This document shows positions 41,121 to 49,313 of a stretch of DNA of 64,000 nucleotides, piece after piece. Every line of letters begins with the position of its first letter. Position 1 is the stretch's first letter. The notes beneath the pieces were generated by a model, which had not been told where the DNA came from, did not search any database, and saw nothing but the letters and a program-made list of their open reading frames with translations. Source of the DNA: Ignavibacteriota bacterium (lineage in GTDB: Bacteria > Bacteroidota > Ignavibacteria > UBA10030); the NCBI GenBank assembly GCA_963727825.1, contig CAVSHO010000010.1, forward strand, positions 32,001 through 96,000, given 5' to 3'. A program made the translations under genes and the position numbers.

Positions 41121-42041
41121 TCAAACTGTTATTCGCTTGATGCGGAGATTCTCCAAATCCATCCTGCCGACTTTCTGATCGGCGGCAAGCTGAATATAAC
41201 GGACATCGGATGGATTCATACCAAATAGTTTTGTTGCAGCAGTATCAATAGCTACCACATCTGTAGAAATGAGCAGAGATTTCATCGATACCAAGTCTTC
41301 TATAGAAACACCGCGAGGCCCATTTCGTTTCATCACATTGTAAGCATCAACAATATTAAGTGTCGGCTTGCGGTATGTTGCAAAGTCTGCAATACATTGA
41401 TGTAAATCGGTGCGATGCCAGATACCACGATCCCAGACATTTCCCATGAGATTTTTCATAGTAATTGTCATCCTGGTACCATCATGACATTTAAGTACCG
41501 GGACGTTAATAAAAACATCTGCCCCGAGTATGAGTTCGTGTTCTTTTGCTTTAGTAAGACTCTTTCCGTTTGGGATTGAAACTTCATGATAATAACTTTC
41601 AGTATGAGCCGGCGCAACCTTCCCGCCTGCTTCTTTTACTGCTGATTCTATCCCGCTGTTTTTATAACACCGCTGCCAATTATCGCATGTATGATCAAGC
41701 ACATAAACTTCGCTTGCTCCGGCATTGCGGCATTGACTAACAATTTCCGCTATCAACTTTGGATTTGTGTTGCCTGCGCGTTCTGGGCTGACGTCCCATC
41801 CAATATTCGGCTTGATTACTACTTTTTGTCCTTTCTTGACAAAGGTGCGAATCCCTCCCAGCGCTTCCATCCCCTTTTGCAACATTACATCCGGCTCACC
41901 GCCCTTAACTGCCACCAAATCAAACGGAACATTTGCGGAATCATAAGCGGTTGCAAACAGATTTTCATATTTGCCCGTAAGCGCAGCACCAACGACAACA
42001 GAGGCACCAAAGCTTTTTCTAAAGAAGGTTCTTCGATCCAT
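41121..42041 (-). CDS. DUF362 family protein with Tat signal
   Basis: MDRRTFF, VVIKPNIGW, INVPVLKCH, MKNLMG, DVVAID. Confidence 0.88.
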   Translation of the reverse strand: MDRRTFFRKSFGASVVVGAALTGKYENLFATAYDSANVPFDLVAVKGGEPDVMLQKGMEALGGIRTFVKKGQKVVIKPNIGWDVSPERAGNTNPKLIAEIVSQCRNAGASEVYVLDHTCDNWQRCYKNSGIESAVKEAGGKVAPAHTESYYHEVSIPNGKSLTKAKEHELILGADVFINVPVLKCHDGTRMTITMKNLMGNVWDRGIWHRTDLHQCIADFATYRKPTLNIVDAYNVMKRNGPRGVSIEDLVSMKSLLISTDVVAIDTAATKLFGMNPSDVRYIQLAADQKVGRMDLENLRIKRITV

Positions 42042-42105
42042 AAATACTCCTGCATCCTAATAAAACAATGTTCAATACTTACTAATCATCCGCCGAATAT
42101 AATGA

Positions 42106-42684
42106 TTAGTGCATCTTCATTCGCTGGAAATAAGAATACGTAATTGTTGCTGCAGCAATGATCTTTACTCCATCCCACCATGAGAATATCAAAAATCCAG
42201 CTTGAAAAGAATTTATCCAGTTGTGAAGATAGAGAAAGTTCAGTTGAATAGTACCAAGAGAGAATATTATTAAGGACCCAACGATCATAGAAATCATCAT
42301 CCACCAGTATTCACTACGAAGTCTGGTAAGATAACCAATAACAAACGCTGCAATAGGGAATGAAAGAAGGTATCCGCCGGTTGGCCCCAATATTTTTGAC
42401 AATCCAAACGCACCGCCAGCAAAAATTGGCAAACCAATTGCACCAAGAGTTAAATAAATGCCCATGCTTATAGCACCACCTCGTTTTCCCAATAATGCGC
42501 CAGCTGATAGGACGAAAAATGTTTGCATTGTAAATGGTACTGGTTGGTTCGGTATTTCAATTTGCGCTCCGATTGCCACAAGAACGGCAAATGTGAATGC
42601 CCAGAAAGCTTGAATATATACTCTCTTATCCGGTAAGCTTAACACTTTTAAATTAGTCTGGTCTCGCATAGTGATCATTTTCAT
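42106..42684 (-). CDS. bioY: Biotin transporter BioY
   Basis: PVPFTMQT, GAIGLPIFAGG, GPTGGYL. Confidence 0.93.
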   Translation of the reverse strand: MKMITMRDQTNLKVLSLPDKRVYIQAFWAFTFAVLVAIGAQIEIPNQPVPFTMQTFFVLSAGALLGKRGGAISMGIYLTLGAIGLPIFAGGAFGLSKILGPTGGYLLSFPIAAFVIGYLTRLRSEYWWMMISMIVGSLIIFSLGTIQLNFLYLHNWINSFQAGFLIFSWWDGVKIIAAATITYSYFQRMKMH

Positions 42685-42762
42685 CTCCGTTTTAACTTAC
42701 ATTAATAATAAATTAGGTAATTGCGGCAATAAAATCAAACATCATTAGTATTCTTTTCTTGT

Positions 42763-42791
42763 TTGACTTAGAGGTGTTTTTTCAATATATT
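42763..42791 (+). promoter_or_regulatory. sigma70 promoter for the tRNA-Gln array / prs operon
   Basis: TTGACT-17 nt-TATATT. Confidence 0.65.
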
Positions 42792-42797
42792 TTTATT

Positions 42798-42823
42798 CCA
42801 ACTCTTCGGGAGTTGGTTTTTTT
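42798..42823 (+). terminator. Terminator-like hairpin immediately after the promoter
   Basis: ccaactc-ttcgg-gagttgg followed by T7. Confidence 0.45.
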
Positions 42824-42844
42824 GTATAGTAGTCCCGTTGCTAT

Positions 42845-42896
42845 TGGGGTGTAGCCAAGCGGTAAGGCATCCCGCTTTGCGGGACACTCTCAGGTT
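42845..42896 (+). pseudogene. Pseudo-tRNA-Gln copy A (5' part; anticodon arm replaced by palindrome)
   Basis: First 25 nt identical to the tRNA at 42914, then tcccgctttgcggga, then cactctcaggtt; 3' end missing. Confidence 0.85.
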
Positions 42897-42913
42897 TTGT
42901 ATCGAGAAATTAT

Positions 42914-42985
42914 TGGGGTGTAGCCAAGCGGTAAGGCAGCGGCCTTTGGAGCCGCCACTCCCAGGTTCGAATCCTGGCACCCCAG
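42914..42985 (+). tRNA. tRNA-Gln(TTG), intact (copy B)
   Basis: TGGGGTG/CACCCCA acceptor, GCGGC-CTTTGGA-GCCGC anticodon arm, CCAGG-TTCGAAT-CCTGG T arm. Confidence 0.95.
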
Positions 42986-43003
42986 CAAGTTGATTGGAAG
43001 AAA

Positions 43004-43075
43004 ATGTTTTTTGTCTATGTTCTCAAAAGTCTAAATGGAAATTCAACCTTTAAGGAAATTATTGAGATGGATTAG
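43004..43075 (+). pseudogene. Internally deleted copy of the GIY-YIG gene (23-aa mini-ORF)
   Basis: MFFVYVLKSL|NGNSTFKEII.. equals the N- and C-ends of 43173..43415 joined in frame. Confidence 0.85.
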
Positions 43076-43153
43076 GCGGTAAGGTATCCCGCTATGTGGG
43101 ACACCCCCAGGTTCTCCCGAAGGGACTCCTTCGGAGGAATCCTGGCACCCCAG
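43063..43153 (+). pseudogene. Pseudo-tRNA-Gln copy C (decayed 5' end, palindromic anticodon arm, 22-nt T-loop insert)
   Basis: ..gcggtaaggta-tcccgctatgtggga-cacccccaggttc-[tcccgaagggactccttcggag]-gaatcctggcaccccag. Confidence 0.85.
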
Positions 43154-43172
43154 CAAGTTGATTGAGATAAAA

Positions 43173-43415
43173 ATGTTTTTTATCTATGTTCTCAAAAGTT
43201 TAAAAGACAATAGATTCTATATTGGACAAACGAACAATTTTTTATCACGCCTTCGCAGACATAACGAAGGAAGAGTACAATCGACGAAATATCGAGTTCC
43301 GCTTATACTCGTGTATTCGGAAAATTATGCGACACGAAGTGAAGCTATGGCAAGAGAGAGATACTTAAAGAATCTTAATGGAAATTCAACCTTTAAGGAA
43401 ATTATTGGGGTGTAG
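43173..43415 (+). CDS. Small GIY-YIG nuclease (80 aa)
   Basis: FFIYVLKS..RFYIGQT..RLRRHN..STK..LVYSE..RSEAMARERYLK; conserved Tyr, Arg, His and Glu present. Confidence 0.9.
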   Translation: MFFIYVLKSLKDNRFYIGQTNNFLSRLRRHNEGRVQSTKYRVPLILVYSENYATRSEAMARERYLKNLNGNSTFKEIIGV

Positions 43416-43498
43416 TATAGGCGATAAGGCATCCCGCTTTGCGAGACACTCCCAGGTTCTCCCGAAGGGACTCCTCCGGAGGAATCCTGGCACCCCAG
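43406..43498 (+). pseudogene. Pseudo-tRNA-Gln copy D (palindromic anticodon arm, 22-nt T-loop insert)
   Basis: tggggtgtag..aaggca-tcccgctttgcgaga-cactcccaggttc-[tcccgaagggactcctccggag]-gaatcctggcaccccag. Confidence 0.85.
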
Positions 43499-43553
43499 CG
43501 TTGTTTTGTTCTATGGAAAGAAATAAAATGAAAATAATCGAAAAAGGAATTCA

Positions 43554-44498
43554 ATGAGCGAACTGAAGATTTTTTCGGGACGGGCAAATCGCCCATTAGC
43601 TGAACAAATCTGCAAAGAAGCAAATGTTCCTCTTGGAGAAGCCGCCATTCAAACATTTAGCGATGGCGAACTTTGGGTCAAATATATCGAGAACATCCGT
43701 GGTGACGATGTCTTTATTATTCAACCGACACAGCCGCCAGCAGAGAATTTGATGGAGTTATTGATTATGCTTGATGCTGCAAAACGTGCATCAGCAAAAC
43801 GTGTTACTGCAGTTATTCCTTATTTCGGATACGCGCGTCAGGATAGAAAAGATCAGCCTCGCGTAGCAATCAGCGCGAAATTAGTCGCAAATTTGATTAC
43901 GGAAGCTGGAGCTGATCGTGTGATAACAATGGATTTACATACAGCGCAAATCCAGGGATTCTTCGATATTCCCATGGATCATTTGTATTCATCGGCTGTA
44001 CTTATCGAGTGCTTCAAAAAAATGGATATTTCAAATCTTGCGGTTGCTTCTCCAGATGTTGGAAGCATTAAAATGGCACGTTCCTACGCCAAGCGGCTTG
44101 GTGCAGATTTGATTTTAATAGATAAGCGTCGTCCGAAACAAAATGAAGCAGAGATAATGAATATTATCGGTAACGTCGAAGGAAAGACTATACTTATTGT
44201 TGACGACTTGATCGATACCGGCGGAACATTCGTCAACGCAGCACGAGCATTGCGCAATAATGGCGCGAAGGAAATTTTCGGTGCCTGCACACATCCGGTC
44301 TTATCCGGCGACGCGTACCAAAAAATAGAGAATTCGGTCGTCAAGAAAGTCGTCGTTACCGATACGCTTCCATTAAAACAAACAAGTGATAAGATTCATA
44401 TTCGCTCTATAGCTCATGTATTTGCAGAAGCGATTCTTCGTACACACAGGAATGAATCTATCAGCTCACTATTTGATATTGATAAAGACAAGACTTAA
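43554..44498 (+). CDS. prs: Ribose-phosphate pyrophosphokinase
   Basis: FSDGE, PYFGYARQDRK, DLHTAQIQGFF, VDDLIDTGGT. Confidence 0.97.
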   Translation: MSELKIFSGRANRPLAEQICKEANVPLGEAAIQTFSDGELWVKYIENIRGDDVFIIQPTQPPAENLMELLIMLDAAKRASAKRVTAVIPYFGYARQDRKDQPRVAISAKLVANLITEAGADRVITMDLHTAQIQGFFDIPMDHLYSSAVLIECFKKMDISNLAVASPDVGSIKMARSYAKRLGADLILIDKRRPKQNEAEIMNIIGNVEGKTILIVDDLIDTGGTFVNAARALRNNGAKEIFGACTHPVLSGDAYQKIENSVVKKVVVTDTLPLKQTSDKIHIRSIAHVFAEAILRTHRNESISSLFDIDKDKT

Positions 44499-44512
44499 CA
44501 AGGAGATACACA

Positions 44513-45241
44513 ATGTCTGAAATAACTTTAACTGCGGAAATTCGAAAAAATATCGGCAAACGTGTCCGCGCAATTCGTAAAACAGGTAAAGTGCCTGGAA
44601 TATATTATGGGCATGGACAGCAAAATATCCCTGTGTCACTGCCTGCACCAACACTCGCACCTTTGTATTCGACTTCAGAAATGCATGTTATCAACTTAAA
44701 ATTGGATGATGGCTCGTCTCACCTATGCGTTTTAAGAGATGTGCAAATTGATCCCGTTACTGAGAAACCTGTGCATTTCGATCTATTCGGCTTGAGCGAG
44801 AATGAAACACTCACTATCCAGATACCAGTAAAGCTGACGGGCGGCATTCCAAAGGGAGTTCGCGAAGGTGGAATCTTACAGCATGTTTTACACAAACTAG
44901 AAGTCTCATGCTTGCCAAAACACATACCTGATCACATAGAAATCAATGTCGAAGATCTGGCTATAAACCATTCTGTTCACGTGAAAGATTTAACTATTCC
45001 AAATGTTACAATTATGGAAAACGCAACGAGCACGATTGTTGCCGTCGTTCCGCCTGTGGTAGTGAAAGAACCAGAACCGATAACCGCCGTTGTACCGACT
45101 GCTGAAGCACTTGCCGAACCTGAAGTTATTTCCAAGGGCAAGAAACCCGAAGAAGGTGCCGAAGAGGTGGATGAGAAAAAGAAACCTGAAGAAAAGAAAA
45201 AAACTGAAGAAAAAAAGAAACCTGAAGAGAAGAAGAAGTAA
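44513..45241 (+). CDS. rplY: 50S ribosomal protein L25/Ctc
   Basis: GKVPGIYYG, HFD, GVREGG, IPDHIEINV; C-terminal KKKPEE repeats. Confidence 0.93.
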   Translation: MSEITLTAEIRKNIGKRVRAIRKTGKVPGIYYGHGQQNIPVSLPAPTLAPLYSTSEMHVINLKLDDGSSHLCVLRDVQIDPVTEKPVHFDLFGLSENETLTIQIPVKLTGGIPKGVREGGILQHVLHKLEVSCLPKHIPDHIEINVEDLAINHSVHVKDLTIPNVTIMENATSTIVAVVPPVVVKEPEPITAVVPTAEALAEPEVISKGKKPEEGAEEVDEKKKPEEKKKTEEKKKPEEKKK

Positions 45242-45262
45242 TTTTTTATTCATCAGAATTTT

Positions 45263-45856
45263 ATGTATCTCATCGTCGGTTTGGGAAATCCAGGAAATGA
45301 ATATGTCCAGACGAGGCATAATGTGGGTTTTCTTGTTGCCGATCAACTTGCCGCATCTATGAATACACAATTTCATGCTGGTAAAGGCGAGTTTTGGTTG
45401 GCAGAATGTTCTTTGAAGAATGTCGAGGTCACGGTTTTAAAACCTGTGACTTATATGAATAATAGCGGAATCGCGGTTCAGGAATTTTTTGAGCAACAAC
45501 AAATCGCATTGGAAAACATTTTGATAATATGTGATGATTTTCAGTTGCCTTTAGGGACAATTCGACTCCGTAAAGATGGTTCCGATAGCGGCCATAATGG
45601 ACTATCGTCTGTTATCTATCATTTGCAGACCGATCAATTTGCAAGACTACGATGCGGAATTGCCTCTATGAGTATGCCGCCAGAGAAATCGAAAATGAAA
45701 GATTTCGTGCTCGACAGGTTTCCAGAATCCGAGTTGAGAATAGTGGAAAACATGGTTGAGCGAGCTAGAGACGCCAGTATATCGTTTGTTATGGATGGCA
45801 TAGACCAAGCAATGAATAAGTTTAATGCCAAACAAGAGGAAGAATTATTTACTTAA
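45263..45856 (+). CDS. pth: Peptidyl-tRNA hydrolase
   Basis: LIVGLGNPG, TRHNVGF, KPVTYMNNSG, GHNGL. Confidence 0.96.
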   Translation: MYLIVGLGNPGNEYVQTRHNVGFLVADQLAASMNTQFHAGKGEFWLAECSLKNVEVTVLKPVTYMNNSGIAVQEFFEQQQIALENILIICDDFQLPLGTIRLRKDGSDSGHNGLSSVIYHLQTDQFARLRCGIASMSMPPEKSKMKDFVLDRFPESELRIVENMVERARDASISFVMDGIDQAMNKFNAKQEEELFT

Positions 45857-45934
45857 ACAACCCTGCCCTCTCATTTGAAAATTAATTTCGTATTGAGCGG
45901 GCCTAATTATAACAAGTCCAAAGGGAACATATCT

Positions 45935-46399
45935 ATGGAAAAAAAGAAAAACATATATGAGACAACGTTCATTGTGAACGCCAGCCTCGATGATCCGCAA
46001 ATCGATGCCATTATCGAGAAAGTACAAGAAGTCATCATTAAAAATAGCGGTGAGATCATGGAGCTGGCAAAATGGGGACGCAAGCGATTTGCCTATGCCA
46101 TCAAAAAGAAGAACAATGGTTTTTATGTTGTCTGTGAGTTCAAGGCTTCCGGTGATCTCATTGCACGCCTTGAGCGATTCTTTCTGCTCGAAGAGAACAT
46201 TATTCGCTTTCTTATTATTGGATTAGATAAAAAAGCACTGCAAGCCCGTATCTCTGGAAATGATCTGATGAAACTATCAGCACCGGCAATTCCATCGACA
46301 AGCGGTTCGCCGCTTATTGCAGCTATTCCAGACGTGGACTCCGATATCCCCGAGGCTTTAGAAACTCCAATAGATTTTATAACACCAAACGAAGCTTGA
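45935..46399 (+). CDS. rpsF: 30S ribosomal protein S6
   Basis: YETTFIV, WGRKRFAYAIKK, IIRFL; likely start MEKKK at 45935. Confidence 0.93.
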   Translation: MEKKKNIYETTFIVNASLDDPQIDAIIEKVQEVIIKNSGEIMELAKWGRKRFAYAIKKKNNGFYVVCEFKASGDLIARLERFFLLEENIIRFLIIGLDKKALQARISGNDLMKLSAPAIPSTSGSPLIAAIPDVDSDIPEALETPIDFITPNEA

Positions 46400-46434
46400 T
46401 TTTTCACGACGAAAGATAAGGAAGGACAAACATA

Positions 46435-46797
46435 ATGGCTATGTCATCTCAATCAAAAACACCATATTCACGAGGACAGCAGCGAGGATCACAAAGTGGA
46501 CCACAGCGTGGTGGCAGCGGCGGATATCGACGCGACTCTTCTCCAAATGGACAGCGATCAACTAATCGCCAACAACAACAGAGGAAGAAACGAACATGCA
46601 GATTCTGTGATTCAAAAGATGTCTATATCGATTACAAGAATGAGAAACGTCTTCAACGCTTCGTTTCTGAACAAGGGAAAATTATCCCGCGCCGTATTAC
46701 TGGAACTTGCGCACATCATCAACGTCAGCTTGTTACTGCTATCAAACGCGCGCGGCACTTAGCTTTAATTTCCTTTGTTAATGACGCTGTGAGTTAA
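46435..46797 (+). CDS. rpsR: 30S ribosomal protein S18 with N-terminal extension
   Basis: [30 protein letters not shown]. Confidence 0.95.
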   Translation: MAMSSQSKTPYSRGQQRGSQSGPQRGGSGGYRRDSSPNGQRSTNRQQQQRKKRTCRFCDSKDVYIDYKNEKRLQRFVSEQGKIIPRRITGTCAHHQRQLVTAIKRARHLALISFVNDAVS

Positions 46798-46835
46798 GCG
46801 ATTCTTATCATGAATGTATGTAAAAGGAGTACACA

Positions 46836-47279
46836 ATGAAGGTAATTCTAAGAAAAGATTCTGAAAAGCTAGGCCACGTCAGCGAAGTAGTTTCTGTTAA
46901 AGATGGATATGCGCGTAATTATCTTATACCTCGCGGTATTGCATACGAGGCTACTGACGGCAGTCTTCGCCAATTAGAAGAAGAGAAAAAGCAACAAGCG
47001 CGTCGGACAGATAAGGAACATACTCAAGCTGAAACCCTTGCTGCAAATCTTGAAAAAATTTCAATCACGATTAAAATGAAAGTTGGCGAAGAAGAAAAAC
47101 TATTTGGCTCCGTTACGGCTCAAATGATTGCTGACGCACTTATCGAGAAAGAAATAGCAATTGATAAACGTCAGATACAGCTTGAAGAGCCTCTTAAAGC
47201 CCTCGGCATTTACGATGTTCCAGTTAAACTTTCTGGAGGCGTGACTGGTAAAATTAAGGTATGGATTGTAAGGGAATAA
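46836..47279 (+). CDS. rplI: 50S ribosomal protein L9
   Basis: MKVIL, VKDGYARNYLIPRG, KLFGSVT. Confidence 0.96.
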   Translation: MKVILRKDSEKLGHVSEVVSVKDGYARNYLIPRGIAYEATDGSLRQLEEEKKQQARRTDKEHTQAETLAANLEKISITIKMKVGEEEKLFGSVTAQMIADALIEKEIAIDKRQIQLEEPLKALGIYDVPVKLSGGVTGKIKVWIVRE

Positions 47280-47315
47280 CAGAGCGTTTCCTTTCTTTGT
47301 AAAAAGTATAATTGT

Positions 47316-47345
47316 AAAGGCAGCGTTACATACGCTGCCTTTTTT
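47316..47345 (+). terminator. Intrinsic terminator after rplI
   Basis: aaaggcagcgt-tacat-acgctgcct-ttttt. Confidence 0.85.
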
Positions 47346-47467
47346 CTTACAAGTAGGGATTTATTTTTACAAATAGAATGTTTTATAAGTAGATAAAAAA
47401 ATTATGGGTACGTTTCTTTCGATGATTTTAATACATTAAAATGTTTGGCAAATAAGAAAGAAATATA

Positions 47468-49313
47468 ATGGCAGGAAATAAACCCCAGCTTCTTAATGAA
47501 GTTACTATTCGATTTGCTGGTGACTCCGGCGATGGAATGCAGCTAACTGGTACTCAGTTCACTAACACAGCTGCTTTTATAGGCAATGATTTAAGCACGC
47601 TGCCTGATTATCCTGCAGAAATTCGTGCACCGCAAGGAACTACTTCCGGCGTAAGTGGATTTCAAATTCACTTTGGGAGTGTTGAAATCAACACACCCGG
47701 CGATTTTTGTGATGTTCTTGTTGCAATGAATGCAGCTGCACTTAAAGTCAACCTATTTCGACTCGTAAAAGGCGGCTCAATCATAGTTAATATCGACGGG
47801 TTTAATGATAAGAATCTTAAACTCGCACAATATGCCACCAACCCGTTGAAAGACGGCTCACTTTCTGACTATCAGTTATATGAAGTTGATATTACAAAGT
47901 TGACAACAATCGCACTTCAGGAGATGAACCTTTCCAGCAAACTTGTTGACCGATCAAAAAACTTTTTTGCATTGGGGATGATGTACTGGATGTACAATCT
48001 TCCTCTTGAAACAACACTTAAGTGGATCTCCGAAAAATTTAATAAAAAGATAGATATTCGCGATGCAAATACACGCGTGTTGAAAGCCGGATGGAACTAC
48101 GCTGAGACAACAGAAATATTTAAAGTCCGCTATCAAGTTGCACCGGCAAAACTTGCACCGGGAAATTATCGCAATATCACAGGCAACCAAGCCGCTGCTT
48201 GGGGATTGATGACTGCAGCAAAGAAAGCAAACCTCGACCTCTTTCTTGGCAGCTATCCAATCACACCTGCAAGTGAAATTCTGCACGAACTTTCCATGCA
48301 CAAAAACTTTGGAGTGAAAACTTTTCAGGCAGAAGATGAAATTGCAGGAATCACTTCTGCGATTGGCGCTTCTTTCGCCGGAGCGTTAGGTGCAACAACA
48401 ACAAGCGGGCCTGGTCTTTCATTAAAGACTGAAGCGCTTGGACTTGCAGTAATGGTAGAATTGCCGCTCGTTGTAGTGGATGTGCAGCGCGGTGGACCAA
48501 GCACTGGATTACCAACGAAAACAGAACAGGCAGACTTGCTTCAAGTCGTTTATGGGCGCAATGGTGAGGCTCCGATCCCTATTAGTTGCCGCCGCTACGC
48601 CAGCAGATTGTTTCAACGCTGTCTTTGAATCTGCGCGTATCGCAATTAAATATATGACTCCTGTTATTTGTTTGACGGATGGATATCTCGGCAATGGCTC
48701 TGAACCATGGTTAATTCCAGATTATAAGAAACTCCCAGATATTTCTCCCCATTTCAGAACTAATCCCGAAGGATTTCTCCCATACTCGCGAGATGAAGTG
48801 ACGCTTGCACGGCCATGGGCAATCCCCGGTACACCTGGACTTGAACATCGTATAGGTGGTTTGGAAAAACAGAATCTCTCCGGCAATATAGATTATTCAC
48901 CAAAGAATCATGATCTTATGACGCGTTTACGAGCAGAAAAAATTTCACGTATTGCAGATGATATTCCATTAGCAGAAGTTGAAGGCGATCAGCGAGGAGA
49001 TGTTTTGGTGGTTGGCTGGGGAAGCACTTATGGAGCTATCAGAGCCGCAGTGCTGCGTCATCGATTAAAGGGACATTCTGTTTCACATCTACACCTGCGG
49101 TACATTAATCCGATGCAAAAGAATGTTGGCGAGATATTATCTCAGTTCAATACTATTTTAGTCCCTGAATTGAACTTAGGGCAACTCATCAAAATCTTGA
49201 GATCTAATTATCTTGTGCCAGCGGTTGGACTGAACAAAATACAGGGACTACCATTTAAAACAGAAGAGATCGAAATGAAAGTCGGTGAGATTTTACAAAG
49301 GGAAAAATCATGA
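47468..49313 (+). pseudogene. korA: 2-oxoacid:ferredoxin oxidoreductase alpha subunit, split by one extra base near 48584 (possible sequencing error)
   Basis: [38 protein letters not shown]; removing one base in att[a]gtt gives [17 protein letters not shown]. Confidence 0.85.

Noticed and set aside
42768-42980. 70-aa minus-strand ORF (also 43402..43656)
   Set aside because: Antisense translation of tRNA and pseudo-tRNA sequence; the repeated GCLTAWLHPN only reflects the DNA repeat
43063-43153. Intron-containing or suppressor tRNA
   Set aside because: The 5' acceptor strand and D arm are decayed, the anticodon loop is not 7 nt, and the insert is too short for a group I/II intron
42845-43498. 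CRISPR array or prophage/integrative-element att sites
   Set aside because: Repeats are tRNA-derived, the intervening sequences are related to each other rather than unique spacers, no cas or integrase gene is present, and near-whole tRNA copies are repeated rather than a 3' fragment
45176-45238. 18-nt tandem repeat at the end of rplY
   Set aside because: Encodes the ordinary charged KKKPEE tail common in L25/Ctc proteins
48560-48630. Programmed frameshift in korA
   Set aside because: No slippery heptamer or clear stimulatory structure; a single-base error is simpler
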